NCBI RefSeq assembly: GCF_963921235.1
Contig: NC_086097.1
Location: forward strand, 51,090,001-51,154,000
From: Mobula hypostoma
Lineage: Eukaryota
Length of the DNA: 64,000 nt
Direction of reading: 5' to 3'
Part shown: positions 38,157 to 50,950 of the stretch, piece by piece
Position numbering within the stretch: position 1 is the first letter of the stretch
Layout: every line of letters starts with the position of its first letter
Position numbers and translations under genes: made by a program
Notes under the pieces: model-generated
Databases searched by the model: none
Told to the model about the DNA's origin: nothing
What the model saw: the letters and a program-made list of their open reading frames with translations, nothing else

Positions 38157-38494
38157 CAATGTTCCCTCTAATTTGGAACGACCAGTGTGTGCAAAAATCT
38201 TGTGCTGTGCAACGTTTTACCCAGTGACAACAACATCTGCACCTGAATAATTTCTTCAATAAAAACAATATAAATAAGCTTTGTCTAAAATTTGCAGACA
38301 AATCATCGCAAGTTTCACGTTGTTAACACCATCCACATCAGAAACTGGAAAAGGAAATGTGATTATGTACGATCGTGAAATATACGTAACATGCAAACGA
38401 GGTAGAGGGTGACAACTTTTTGTGCGCAGTTTAAACTCCTTTGTGCGCTAGTAGCAAAAGATGTGTGTGCGCGGACACCTTAGAGGGAATATTG
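38157..38494. mobile_element. 338-bp hAT-type non-autonomous DNA transposon
   Basis: TIRs caatgttccctctaa and ttagagggaatattg. Perfect 8-bp TSD acctgcgg at 38149-38156 and 38495-38502. Confidence 0.88.
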
Positions 38495-39522
38495 ACCTGC
38501 GGCATGAAAGCCAAAGAAAATGGTGTAAATTGGAACCTATGAAGCCCAGCTAGTGGAAGCAAATGAGGAGGCGATGGAAAATATTAGTAATGTGGGTTAT
38601 TGTTCTCAGCAATACTTTTCAAGTTACTAATGCTGAACCTTTAGGCTGTGGTTTTACTGATAGAGAAGTAATGTTGGCTATCATTGAAAGCTGACTATGT
38701 ATTGATGTCATTATGTAAACAGTAAGTAAAAAGAGACTGTTCTCTATCTACATTGTATTCTGTGTTGTGCATTTATTATGTTTATTAGGATAACTTGTCA
38801 CATGAGTGGGGGCATGGTAAAGACGAAGGGGTTAAGTTACGTATTCATGCTTTCTTCTTTGCAGTTTATAGTAGCTGGGGTCGATGGAGGTCATATCTTT
38901 TTCTGACCACCCAATTATGCTTAGCATACATTTGGGCACACTTTAAGTATCATCGCTTCAAGATTGTATGTTTGCTAATTACTAATAACGGATATCCTTG
39001 ACTTTTGGGGCAATCGCTACAGGAGTGAGGGCACATCCTGCAGGAGTAACAACGCTGTAGAGTTGCTGGCAGCAGCAATTGTTTGATTTGCCACTACAGA
39101 GACCATAGAAAGCACATCTCTTTAGGCACAAATGGGGATATTTAATGGAGTTATTGTCTCCCAAAAGTAGGATATCATTGGTATCAAACTCTGAAAAATG
39201 AACAAAATATTTTAAAAATGCAGCAGCAGTCTCTTCATAATTGTAGTGAGTCTTCATTAATCATTAATTATGAGTCTTCATTAATCATTATGCGTGTGAA
39301 GCTGTCAGCAGTATGTGCGTCCGGTGTTTTAGTAGACGGCAACAACTGAACCAGGAACTACCTTTCTGTATTGGAGAATTACTGACAGAATTAACTCTCT
39401 GAGTGATCAGGGTATCACAGTGAAATCTGATGTCTGTCATTATCTCTGAGTCATGTTGAACACCGAACATATCAATTTAATTACTATAAACTTTACATTT
39501 TGTTTAAATTATTTTATTACAG

Positions 39523-39579
39523 GCATACATAAAGATTTATCAAGGGGAAGAACTGCCACATCCCAAGTCTATGTTACAG
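39523..39579 (+). CDS. ATL1: Atlastin-1 exon 10: AYIKIYQGEELPHPKSMLQ
   Basis: Boundaries are ttacag|GCA...CAG|gtagtg, 57 nt. Encodes the GTPase-to-3HB linker. Confidence 0.96.
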
Positions 39580-41924
39580 GTAGTGTAACTCAGTTACAAA
39601 GTCATCTTGTGCAAGTTAAAGTTACTTGCTCTTGATGTTATCTTTTACATTGTGTATGATGTCAACTGATTTCGCAGTTGTATTAGTCAAAGTACGATAC
39701 AAGTTTCATGTTTTGCTTTGCAGTCTTGCAAAGCAATGGTTTACAAATCCAGATTAAATTAGAATGTAATAACATTTAGTCCTTGTGTAAACTTTTTGAA
39801 AATACACTCTGTATTTTGTAGATGCAGCAAATTGTAACATTCTAAGTGGAGCCAAGCATCAGGAAAGAGCTAGTTCATTTCACTGGCATTCTAATTAATC
39901 CTTTCTGATGCTCCAAACAAATGTATAAGAACATCAAGCATCTTTCAGTTGGAAGAGGGAGGGGGAGGGGGATGGGAGGTGTTACAGGCAAAAGGGGAAG
40001 TGCATGGGAATTCTCCACCATGTAGTAATTATATTAGGCTGTCAGGTGACCAGTGACACACAGGCAAGCCCCAGGCCCAATACAATAATATTAAAATCTC
40101 TCCCCTCTTACCTTAAACTTTTTACCAGTTGCTAAATGGACTAGGGAACTGGCAAACTTGGGAGAGGCTAGAAAGAGTGTATCTAAAGATGGGTTCATAA
40201 ATTTGCCTCCTAAATATAATTGCAGTGCAGAACTCAAAACAGAGATTAAGGTAACATTAATAAATTACTGTAATTTGAGAGACATTTAATTAACAAAGGT
40301 CAGAAATTGAATGGTGATACTACCCCAAACTGGAAAGTCTGCAAAGGGTCCTTTCACTGAAGCACTATTTACAGTGTTTTATGCTGAATCCCTTCCAATG
40401 CTCAGATGCCACCTAGTGGTGGTTCCTAAAATTGGACACTGGCAGTGGCACCATGTACAACCTTGCTGTAATGCATCCGTATTCCTTAACAATTGGTCTT
40501 AAGTTAGACTATCCTTGATTTGACAGTAATGAATGTCCATTACAATTGTTACAGCAGTATCAAACAGATATGAATACTATGTAAAAGGAAATATAAACAA
40601 TAATTAAACTGCTTGAAGACATAAATGATGTAATTAAAGGAATTGTATTACCAGTGAAAATTGATGTTCAGATTTGTCAACACTCCTACTGAATATCTAG
40701 AGAGCTATTGAATATCCTACTGAATAGCTAGAATATCTAGAGACCACTTAGAAACCCATTTAGCATGATTAGCTTGATAGTGATTCCTGGAGATGAAAAT
40801 ATATCTACATTAAGACATAATCATCCAAATTTTCTTCTCCAAGTTTACTAAATGGCACGTTATGACTTACCAGGCTGACTGGGTTAAATTGAAAATAAGG
40901 TCCATTAATTTGCCCTGAGTTAAGAAATTATTCTTCTGTACTTGAGAAACGCAGAACTAGATTAGGCCATGCAGAAGTGGAAACAGGACACATTTTTTTC
41001 CCTCACAAATTATATTAAGCATCTTCAATTCTTGTTAGTAATACATTATAGTTTCTGAATCAATTGTAATTTTCAAGACTTTGCTTGAAATTATATCACT
41101 CTTTATCTATATTTTGATGCAAAACTCAATTAGAGTCAGCAAAAGTGCTTGTTTATCTAATGTAGTATAGTGGTTGCCTGCAAAACCAGGTTAAAATCAT
41201 AGGAAAATGGATTAAAAACAGCTCCACAACACTAAAGAAGCCTGACACCATTCAGAGTTCAAGAACTTCGACAAAGGCTCCTTCAATGGCACTTCCCATC
41301 CTTCTCCTCCTACCTAGAAATGATGGGGGCCAAATTCACGCCATTTCCTCTGCTGTTGCTAGTTCCTGGAGTCATTCTTCTGTTCAGCCTTTACAGAGAG
41401 AGACCTTTTCACCATCATCAACGTGAGTGTGAAAAGTAATGGTAGTTAGCAAAAGAGATTCTCTGATGAACCTGTTCTGCCTGAATTCCTTATGGCAGTG
41501 AATTGTTATGGTGACATCTACCCACCACCTCACAATGGGACAGTTGCACAGTATTCTACGAAACATAGTGAGGGTGGATCACTCCGGCTGCTGTGCTCCA
41601 TACCCACTAATATGATCAACTGATAGGTAAGGCTTTGGGCCTACTTCAGGCTGTTCTGAGGTTCAGATCTGAGGACTCAATTTTGGTTCAGAATGCTGTT
41701 GTTTGCTTCAATTGTTTCCATATGTTTTTTTTTCTTTCTCTTGTGAATCAAGTGTTGATCTTTTATTTTTATTTTCATTCTTGTTTTTTCCTTAATTGGG
41801 TTCTTTTGGGTTTCTTGCTTTGTGGCTACCTGTGAGCAAGCGAATCTCAAGGTTGTATAATTTATTCATTATTTGATAATAAATGAATCTTGAATCTCTT
41901 AAATTAGAAAAAATATTTTATCTG

Positions 41925-43095
41925 GGTTTGTACGTCTGCATTACTGATTTAAATGTCACCAAAGACTAGCAAATTTCTACCGATGCAGCGTGGAGAGCAT
42001 TCTAACTGGTCGTATCACTGGTATGGAGGGACCACCGCACGAGATTGGAAAAAGCTGCAGAAGTTGCTAACTCCATCATGGGCACTAGTGTTCTGAACAT
42101 CAAGGCCATCTTCAAAAGGTGATGCCTCAAAAAAAGTGGCATCATCGTTAAGGACCCCATCACCCATCACCCTTGACATGCCCTCTACCATCAAGGAGGT
42201 GGTACAGGAGCCTAAAGACACACACTCAACATTCTTCCCCTCCGCCATCAGATTTCTGAATGGACTATATACCCATGAACATAAGACCATAAGACATAGG
42301 AGCAGAATTAGGCCATTTGGCCCATTGAGTCTGCTCCATCATTCAATCATGGCTGATCCTTTTTCCCCCTCCTCAGCCCCTCTCCCCAACCTCCCTGTAA
42401 CCTCTGATACTGTGTCCAGTCAGGAACCTATCACTCTCTGCCTTAAATACACCCAACAACCTGCCCTCCACAGCTGCCTGTGGTAATAAATTCATCAAAT
42501 TCACCAAAGAAATTTCACCACTCCTCTATTTTAAATGGACACCCCTCTCTCGTGAGGCTGTGCCCTCTTGCCCTGGACTCCCCCACCATGGGAAACGTCC
42601 TTTCCACATCTATTCTGTCTAGGCCTTTCAACATTCAAAGGTTTCAATGAGATTCCCCCCTCATCCTTCTGAATTCCAGCGAGTAGAGACCCAGAGCCAT
42701 CAAGCGTTCTTCGTATGATAACCCTTTCATTCCTGGTTCATCCTGCGAACCTCCTCAGAATCCTCTCCAATGCCAGTACATCTTTTCTTAGATAAGGAAC
42801 CCAGAACAGTTCACAATACTCAAAGTGAGGCCTCACCAGTGCCTTATAAAGCCTCAGCATCACATACCTGCTCTTGTATTCTAGACCTCTTGAAATGAAT
42901 GCCAACATGGCATTTGCCTTCCTCACCACCAACTCAACCTGCAAGTTAACCTTTAGCACTACCTCTGTATTTCTTTTCCACTCCTTTTGCATAATTTAAT
43001 TTTTGTAAATATATTTCTACTTGTAGTTTATACTTCTTTATTCTGTATTGTTCTGTCCTGCTGCCACAAAACAGCAAATTAAACCTGACTCTGAT
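41925..43095. mobile_element. Rex/Babar-like 3' fragment (+) with a nested CR1 3' part (-, about 42280-42957)
   Basis: FFPSAIRFLN motif at about 42230-42262, then the CR1 tail cataagaccataagacatagg and ORF 42738..42992(-) VVRKANAMLAFISRGLEYKS. Confidence 0.8.
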
Positions 43096-43279
43096 GATAT
43101 TATCTCAGGTGGCTAAGAGGGCAAAAATATTTTATCATTTCAGTGAATTAACCCAAGGGAATTCAACAAGTTTAATATTAATTTTATCGATTCATTGAGA
43201 TCCATTGTTTATTCAGTACACACTGTCAAAACATTGCCAGTTCATCTAACCAGTCTGTTTATCCTTCCATATAATTAAG

Positions 43280-43351
43280 GCCACAGCAGAAGCCAACAAT
43301 TTAGCAGCTGTAGCAGCAGCCAAGGACTTGTACAGTAAAAAAATGGAGGAG
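43280..43351 (+). CDS. ATL1: Atlastin-1 exon 11: ATAEANNLAAVAAAKDLYSKKMEE
   Basis: Boundaries are taag|GCC...GAG|gtaagg, 72 nt. ATAEANNL is the conserved start of the three-helix bundle. Confidence 0.95.
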
Positions 43352-44334
43352 GTAAGGAGTCTACATCACTCTATCAAGTTTTTTTCTGGTTAAAGTGTCA
43401 GCCTTTGAATAACAAAACTTAATACTGCAATTGGGAAGAGATTTGCATTAAAAAAATGTGTCTGAATCTAGTTAACTTAATCTACTTGGCCAGATTCCCA
43501 GGTAACCATTAGAACTGGATGATGCTGTAGCTGATTAGCAGATTATGCGACTAGCATTTTACGTTGCTAATTAATCAATTAGTTTTCCTCTTAGTCAAAT
43601 TTAATTTAATTCCATTTATTCAATCTACAACTTGTACTATGTACTTGTGCTCCACTAACCAAGTTGTTTAAAGATGTAAAAAGTGGGTGTGGGAACTAGA
43701 ATCTATGATGTCAATTCTGACTACATTTAAAATGAACTTTGTATATACAACACCAGGATATCCTGAAGTTGTGAAAAGTGCTAAATGAAAGCTCTTTATA
43801 AGGGCACTGCCAGTAATTACATGCTGTGAATGGTCGAGAATATTCATTTTGTTCCCGTTCATTATCCCACAGTCATAGACTCACCAGCTTTCTTCCCGCA
43901 AACACACAATTATCACTCAAGCATCTACGTGCTGTCCTATGACAATGCCATCTGAAGACATGGTACCATTTTCTACGTGTGTACTGATGAATCTCATCTT
44001 CCCTTCATCAGCTCTACTTTTTGTCACCACTCAGCTGTCTCACACTGTTTGCAGACACCCGGTCAGTACCAGATGAGCAGAAGTCTCCTTCGCCTACATA
44101 TTAAGGTTAAAGCCATCATCATTAGCGCTTGTCACTAGCTTTGTTTCCATGCCATCAGTGCTTTTCCTCTGCAGCTGTGCAAAACTGAACCAGGAAGTTT
44201 GCAGCCTTGGTATCATTGTTAACACATGGTCAGGTTTTAGATTAACATTGCAAATTAAGTCTTGTGCTGATTTCGCTCACTCCCTTCTGTCCACCTCTAT
44301 TCCTGTTTAGTTGAAATGCCTTTTTATCCCGTAG

Positions 44335-44766
44335 GTCTGTGGAGGGGATAGACCATTTCTTGCGCCTACTGACCTCCAGAACAAGCACTTGGAGCTTCGA
44401 GAAGAAGCTGTCAGATTATTCCGTGGAGTTAAGAAGATGGGAGGAGAGGAGTTCAGTCGCCGCTACTTACAGCAGCTGGAGAATGAAGTTGACGAGTTAT
44501 ACATTAACTACATCAAACACAACGATAGTAAAAATATATTCCACGCAGCACGTACACCTGCCACTTTGTTTGTGGTGATATTTATTATGTATGTAATAGC
44601 TGGAGTCACAGGGTTCATTGGAGTGGACATTATAGCCAGCCTGTGCAATATGATAATGGGGTTAGCTCTCATTACTTTGTGCACATGGGCATATATTAGA
44701 TACTCTGGAGAATACAGAGAGCTTGGAGCTGTCATAGATCAAGTAGCAGGAGCCTTATGGGACCAG
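44335..44766 (+). CDS. ATL1: Atlastin-1 exon 12: three-helix bundle, two transmembrane segments and amphipathic tail helix (VCGGDRPF...[23 protein letters not shown])
   Basis: Boundaries are gtag|GTC...CAG|gtaagt, 432 nt. Overlaps ORF 44389..44838. Confidence 0.97.
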
Positions 44767-45035
44767 GTAAGTGTTCTTCAGATTCTCTTGTGTTCTAGTA
44801 CAATTGACTATTGCTGGGACAGATTGTTTTCATCCTAGTACAAAACCATTACCAACAGCTTTAAGCTAATGATGCAGAATGTTTCTGCACAATCTTTGTC
44901 AATGAAGTATTATGGTTTAGATTTGAATTACCTCATTATGTGACCAGATATCATGATTTAACTAATTAGATTATCAACTTTCATATGCAAGGTTGTAGGC
45001 TCTGGCTCAGCAAAAAAAAAGTTTCTGTGGAGAAG

Positions 45036-45372
45036 CACACATCAAAGTTGCTGGTGAACGCAGCAGGTCAGGCAGCATCTCTAGGAAGAGGTACAGTCGA
45101 CGTTTCAGGCCGAGACCCTTCGTCAGGACTAACTGAAGAAAGAGCTAGTAAGAGATTTAAAAGTGGGAGGGGGAGATCGAAAATGATAGGAGAAGACAGG
45201 AGGGGGAGGGATGGAGCCAAGAGCTGGACAGGTGATAGGCAAAAGGGATATGAGAGGATCATGGGACAGGAGGTCCGGGGAAAAAGAAAAGGGGGAGGGG
45301 GGGAAAAACCGAGAGGATGGGCGAGGGGTATAGTCAGAGGGACAGAGGGAGAAAAAGGAGAGAGAGAGAGAA
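45036..45372 (-). mobile_element. Penelope-like element terminal segment (longer, non-palindromic copy)
   Basis: The first ~110 bp are nearly identical to arm 33983-34093, then the copy continues into a purine-rich (+) region. Confidence 0.8.
45095..45130 (-). ncRNA. Minimal type-I hammerhead ribozyme motif, third intact copy
   Basis: The reverse complement is agtc-ctgacga-agggtctcggcct-gaaa-cgtc-gact, identical to 34125-34160. Confidence 0.8.
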
Positions 45373-45404
45373 ATAATCTGCTCTGCTTCTAAAATCCTAT
45401 GTAC

Positions 45405-48094
45405 CAATGTGATTAACACAATAGAAAGGAAGGACATAAGCCGGGAAGATGTGGAATCGATATGGGTAGAGCTGCGTAACACTAAGGGGCAGAAAACGCT
45501 GGTGGGAGTTGTGTACAGGCCACCTAACAGTAGTAGTGAGGTCGGAGATGGTATTAAACAGGAAATTAGAAATGTGTGCAATAAAGGAACAGCAGTTATA
45601 ATGGGTGACTTCAATCTACATGTAGATTGGGTGAACCAAATTGGTAAAGGTGCTGAGGAAGAGGATTTCTTGGAATGTATGCGGGATGATTTTTTGAACC
45701 GACATGTCGAGGAACCAACTAGAGAGCAGGCTATTCTAGACTGGGTTTTGAGCAATGAGGAAGGGTTAATTAGCAATCTTGTCGTGAGAGGCCCCTTGGG
45801 TAAGAGTGACCATAATATGGTGGAATTCTTCATTAAGATGGAGAGTGAGATAGTTAATTCAGAAACAAAGGTTCTGAACTTAAAGAGGGGTAACTTTGAA
45901 GGTATGAGACGTGAATTAGCTAAGATAGACTGGCAAATGACACTTAAAGGATTGACGGTGGATATGCAATGGCAAGCATTTAAGGATTGTATGGATGAAC
46001 TACAACAATTGTTCATCCCAGTTTGGCAAAAGAATAAATCAAGGAAGGTAGTGCACCCGTGGCTGACAAGAGAAATTAGGAATAGTATCAATTCCAAAGA
46101 AGAAGCATACAAATTAGCCAGAAAAAGTGGCTCACCTGAGGACTGGGAGAAATTCAGAGTTCAGCAGACGAGGGCAAAGGGCTTAATTAGGAAGGGGAAA
46201 AAAGATTGTGAGAGAAAACTGGCAGGGAACATAAAAACTGACTGTAAAAGCTTTTATAGATACGTAAAAAGGAAAAGACTGGTAAAGACAAATGTAGGTC
46301 CCCTACAGACAGAAACAGGTGAATTGATTATGGGGAGCAAGGACATGGCAGACCAATTGAATAATTACTTTGGTTCTGTCTTCACTAAGGAGGACATAAA
46401 TAATCTTCCAGAAATAGTAGGGGACAGAGGGTCCAATGAGATGGAGGAACTGAGCGAAATACATGTTAGTAGGGAAGTGGTGGTGGGTAAATTGAAGTGA
46501 TTAAAGGCAGATAAATCCCCAGGGCCAGATGGTCTGCATCCCAGAGTGCTTAAGGAAGTAGCCCAAGAAATAGTGGATGCATTAGTGATAATTTTTCAAA
46601 ACTCGTTAGGTTCTGGACTAGTTCCTGAGGATTGGAGGGTGGCTAATGTAACCCCACTTTTTAAAAAAGGAGGGAGAGAGAAACCGGGGAATTATAGACC
46701 GGTTAGCCTAACGTCGGTGGTGGGGAAACTGCTGGAGTCAGTTATCAAAGATGTGATAACAGCACATTTGGAAAGCGGTGAAGTCATCGGACAAAGTCAG
46801 CATGGATTTGTGAAAGGAAAATCATGTCTGATGAATCTCATAGAATTTTTTGAGGATGTAACTAGTAGAGTGGATAGGGGAGAACCAGTGGATGTGGTAT
46901 ATTTGGATTTTCAAAAGGCTTTTGACAAGGTCCCACACAGGAGATTAGTGTGCAAACTTAAAGCACACGGTATTGGGGGTAAGGTACTGATGTGGATAGA
47001 GAATTGGTTAGCAGACAGGAAGCAAAGAGTGGGAATAAACGGGACCTTTTCAGAATGGCAGGCAGTGACTAGTGGGGTACCGCAAGGCTCAGTGCTGGGA
47101 CCCCAGTTGTTTACAATATATATTAATGACTTGGATGAGGGAATTAAATGCAGCATCTCCAAGTTTGCGGATGACACGAAGCTGGGCGGCAGTGTTAGCT
47201 GTGAGGAGGATGCTAAGAGGATGCAGGGTGACTTGGATAGGTTGGGTGAGTGGGCAAATTCATGGCAGATGCAATTTAATGTGGATAAATGTGAAGTTAT
47301 CCACTTTGGTGGCAAAAATAGGAAAACAGATTATTATCTGAATGGTGGCCGATTAGGAGAAGGGGAAGTACAACGAGACCTGGGTGTCATTATACACTAG
47401 TCATTGAAAGTGGGCATGCAGGTACAGCAGGCAGTGAAAAAGGCGAATGGTATGCTGGCATTTATAGCGAGAGGATTCAAGTACAGGAGCAGGGAGGTAC
47501 TACTGCAGTTGTACAAGGCCTTGGTGAGACCACACCTGGCGTATTGTGTGCAGTCTTGGTCCCCTAATCTGAGGAAAGACATCCTTGCCATAGAGGGAGT
47601 ACAAAGAAGGTTCACCAGATTGATTCCTGGGATGGCAGGACTTTCATATGAAGATAGACTGGATGAACTGGGCTTGTACTCGTTGGAATTTAGAAGATTG
47701 AGGGGGGATCTGATTGAAACGTATAAAATCCTAAAGGGATTGGACAGGCTAGATGCAGGAAGATTGTTCCCGATGTTGGGGAAGTCCAGAACGAGGGGTC
47801 ACAGTTTGAGGATAAAGGGGAAGCCTTTTAGGACTGAGATTAGGAAAAACTTCTTCACACAGAGAGTGGTGAATCTGTGGAATTCTCTGCCACAGGAAAC
47901 AGTTGAGGCCAGTTCATTGGCTATATTTAAGAGGGAGTTAGATATGGCCCTTGTGGCTACGGGGATCAGGGAGTATGGAGGGGAGGCTAGTACAGGGTTC
48001 TGAGTTGGATGATCAGCCATGATCATACTGAATGGCGGTGCAGGCTCGAAGGGCCGAATGGCTTACTCCTGCACCTATTTTCTGTGTTTCTATG
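45405..48094 (+). mobile_element. Young CR1 LINE with near-complete ORF2 (part of endonuclease plus RT) broken by two nonsense codons
   Basis: ORFs 45409..46500, 46546..47400 and 47404..48003 are in one frame, separated only by TGA (46498-46500) and TAG (47398-47400). Ends in a tttctatg tail. Confidence 0.95.
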
Positions 48095-48742
48095 ATTATC
48101 TGGAACATTTAGCACTAATGACTGGAGATGACCTTCTAGATACCAGGCCCTCCAGGATTAATTACAGTGGGAAGAAAATACGTCAATTGCATTTGGTTGG
48201 TCCATATCACGTATGCACACCATTCTCATGTTAGATGTCAATGAATCTTTAAAAACAAATAGTTATTTTTGTAAACCAGTTAAGTGTATTTTCTTCAATG
48301 TGTTTTTATTTGATTAATTGCACTATTAAGACTTCCAACAAATGTGATTTTGGATTTTTACCCAAACAAGGAGTGATATTTAAACTTGCACTCCATCATA
48401 ATTAATCTTACTAGAAAGAATTTTATTGAATATTTTCTACCAAGGGATCAGGAATAGACTACTGGAGGGGAAGAACAACCAACAGCCAGTTTTTTAAAAA
48501 AGTAAAACGATTAGCTTTATTTGTCACATATACGTCAAAACAGACAGTGTAATGTGTGTTAATCAGTAGATGCATCTAGTACAGTACAATGACATCTGTT
48601 CATTTAAACTTGTGATAGCTACCTTTTGTGTAATTGCAACATGTACTTAGTTTTTGGTTCTTCCACCTGCTATTTTTACATTTTTATATTGAGATTAGCT
48701 TTGTCCTTTCAATATTCTTCTTTCCTTTTTGCAATTCCATAG

Positions 48743-48757
48743 GGAAGTACCAATGAG
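48743..48757 (+). CDS. ATL1: Atlastin-1 15-nt microexon (exon 13): GSTNE
   Basis: Long pyrimidine tract then ccatag|GGAAGTACCAATGAG|gtaaga. The peptide is identical to the alternatively spliced human ATL1 exon 13. Confidence 0.9.
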
Positions 48758-49169
48758 GTAAGATTTCATATTTTATACCATCACTTAGCAGGCTGAGGCT
48801 ACTGTGTGGCACCATTCTCTATTTGCAATTATCTATTTTTGTATAATCAGCTTCAGGTAGTATGTTCCAGCAGATATTTAAATAAAGGTGTTAACTTATT
48901 TGTGAAACAGTGGCATTTTATGAATGTTGAGTAACATTTAAATTGAATTCTCATAAATTATTAATGAATTTTGTAACCAATTTGGAATACATTCAGGAAC
49001 AAACATTGCTACAACAAGATATTATTGGATTAGTTAAGTTTTTGAGTTTAATATTGGGCCTTTAGGTCAGCTCTTGGAGGCTTTGAATAAATACTATAAA
49101 CCAACACTGAATTTCAGCTAAATTAGGAAAATTTAATTTAACCATGCCTGATAGAAGAGTTAGTTTCAG

Positions 49170-50950
49170 GGTAAATATGGAGAGAAGGATAGGACTGGTC
49201 CTCAGGTTAAGATTTCAAGCTGGCGAAAGGCCAATTCTGATGGCATCAGAAGGGATCTGGCAGACGTGCACAGGGATGCTGGACAAGTGGGAGGCCTTCA
49301 AAGTGAAATACTGAGAGTGTGGAATCTGTTTGTTGCTGTTAGAACAAAAGGCAAGAGTGACAGGTTTAGGAAACATTGAGTATTGAGGCTCTGGTAAAGA
49401 AAAAGGAGGTGCATATCAGGTATAGGCAGTTAGGATCTATTGAGGTACTAAGGGGTATAGAAAATACAAGAGAACACTAAAGAGAGAAATCAAAAGGGCT
49501 AAAAGAAGAAATGAGGTTGCTGTGAAACTGAATCCCAAGGGGTTCTATAGCTATAATAAAAGCAAAATGATTGCAAGGGACAAATTTGGTCCACTCGATG
49601 ATCAGTGTGGTCAAAAAAGATGATCATGGAGCCAAAAAGGATGGGGGAGATCTTAAATGTATCTGGATTACGGTTAAGGTGATAACTCCCCAGTTTCTGA
49701 CAAGGTGTTCCTTTGGACCTTGTGGAAGGCTAGTGCAGAGGCTTTAACAGAGACATTTAAAACATAAAGCCAGAAGACAGAACAATAGCTAAAGTTATTC
49801 ATTAGTTTCAGGTTCTAAGAATAAACCAGAAAACTATAGGCTGCCGAGCTTGACATCAGTCATGAGTAAATTATGAGAAGGCATTATTTGGATAGACAAG
49901 ACGTGATTAGGGATAGTCAACATGGCTTTGTTTGTGATAGGTCATGTCCAACCAATCTTAGAGCTTTTGAGGAGGTTACCAAGAAGGTTGATGAAGAGGA
50001 ATTGGTGGTCATTGTCTGCTTTAGTAGGATCTTTGTAAAAGTCCCACATGGGGGACTATTTCAGGGGGTTAAATTGCTTTGCATTCAAGATGAAGCAGTA
50101 AATTGGATTTAATGTTGGTTTAGTGAGAAACTAGTGGTAGTAGATGGTTGAGAGTAAAGTTGCGCTGCAGGGATTGGCGCTGGGTCCATTGTTATTATCT
50201 ATATTTATGATTTAGATGATAATATGTTGAATTTTATAAGCAAATTTGCAGATGACACTAAAATTGGGAGCATAGTGGACCTCGCTAAAGGCTGTCGAGG
50301 CTTGCAATGTGGTCTGGACCAACTGGGAAAATGAGTTGAAAATGTTGCAGTTTGGAGGGTAAGGCTTGAAGTGAATGGTAGGGCTCTGAGAAACAGTGGA
50401 CCTGGGAATACAGATCCACAATTCCTTGAAAATGGGTTCACAGGTAGATAAGGTCCTAAAGAGAGTTTTTGGCACATTGGCCCTCAGAAATCTTGGCATC
50501 CCATGTCCTGTTGAATATAGGAGGTGGGATGTTATGTTGAAGTTGTATAAGATGTGGGTGAGGCTGAATTTGGAGTATTGTGTGCAGTTGTGGTCACCTA
50601 TCTACAGGGAACATATCAATAAGCTAGAAAAAGTACAGAAAATATTTACATGGATGTTGTCGGGATTTGAGTTACAGAGATAGGTTAGGACTTAATTCCC
50701 TGCAGTGCATGAGAATGAGGAGAGATCAAACAGCAGTATGCAAAATACTTAGGGTGAATGCATACAGACCTGTAGACTGGTCATAGGTTTTGGATGAAAA
50801 GTGAAGTATTTAGGGGGAGTCTCGGAGGAATTACTTCATTCAGAGGTTGATGTAAGCGTGGATAAGCTGCTGGCTAAAATGGTAGAGAGGGGTTCAATTG
50901 TAGCATTTAGGAGAAGTTTGGATGAGCACATGGGTAAGAGATGTGGGGTG
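49170..50950 (+). mobile_element. Old, heavily degenerate CR1 LINE
   Basis: ORF 49873..50112 has IRDSQHGFV...KVPHG, and ORF 50396..50683 has EYCVQLWSP. Confidence 0.8.

Noticed and set aside
39247..39290. 20-bp direct repeat (tgagtcttcattaatcatta, two copies). Similar short duplications occur at about 40685, 51620 and 63112
   Set aside because: These are ordinary local slippage duplications with only two units and no spacers, so they are not CRISPR-like arrays.
44767..44838. In-frame read-through of ATL1 exon 12 ([11 protein letters not shown]...)
   Set aside because: It begins at a consensus GTAAGT donor, and the true exons 13 and 14 are found downstream.
45129..46112. 327-aa minus-strand ORF
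   Set aside because: It is the antisense shadow of the CR1 ORF2 plus the adjacent PLE segment.
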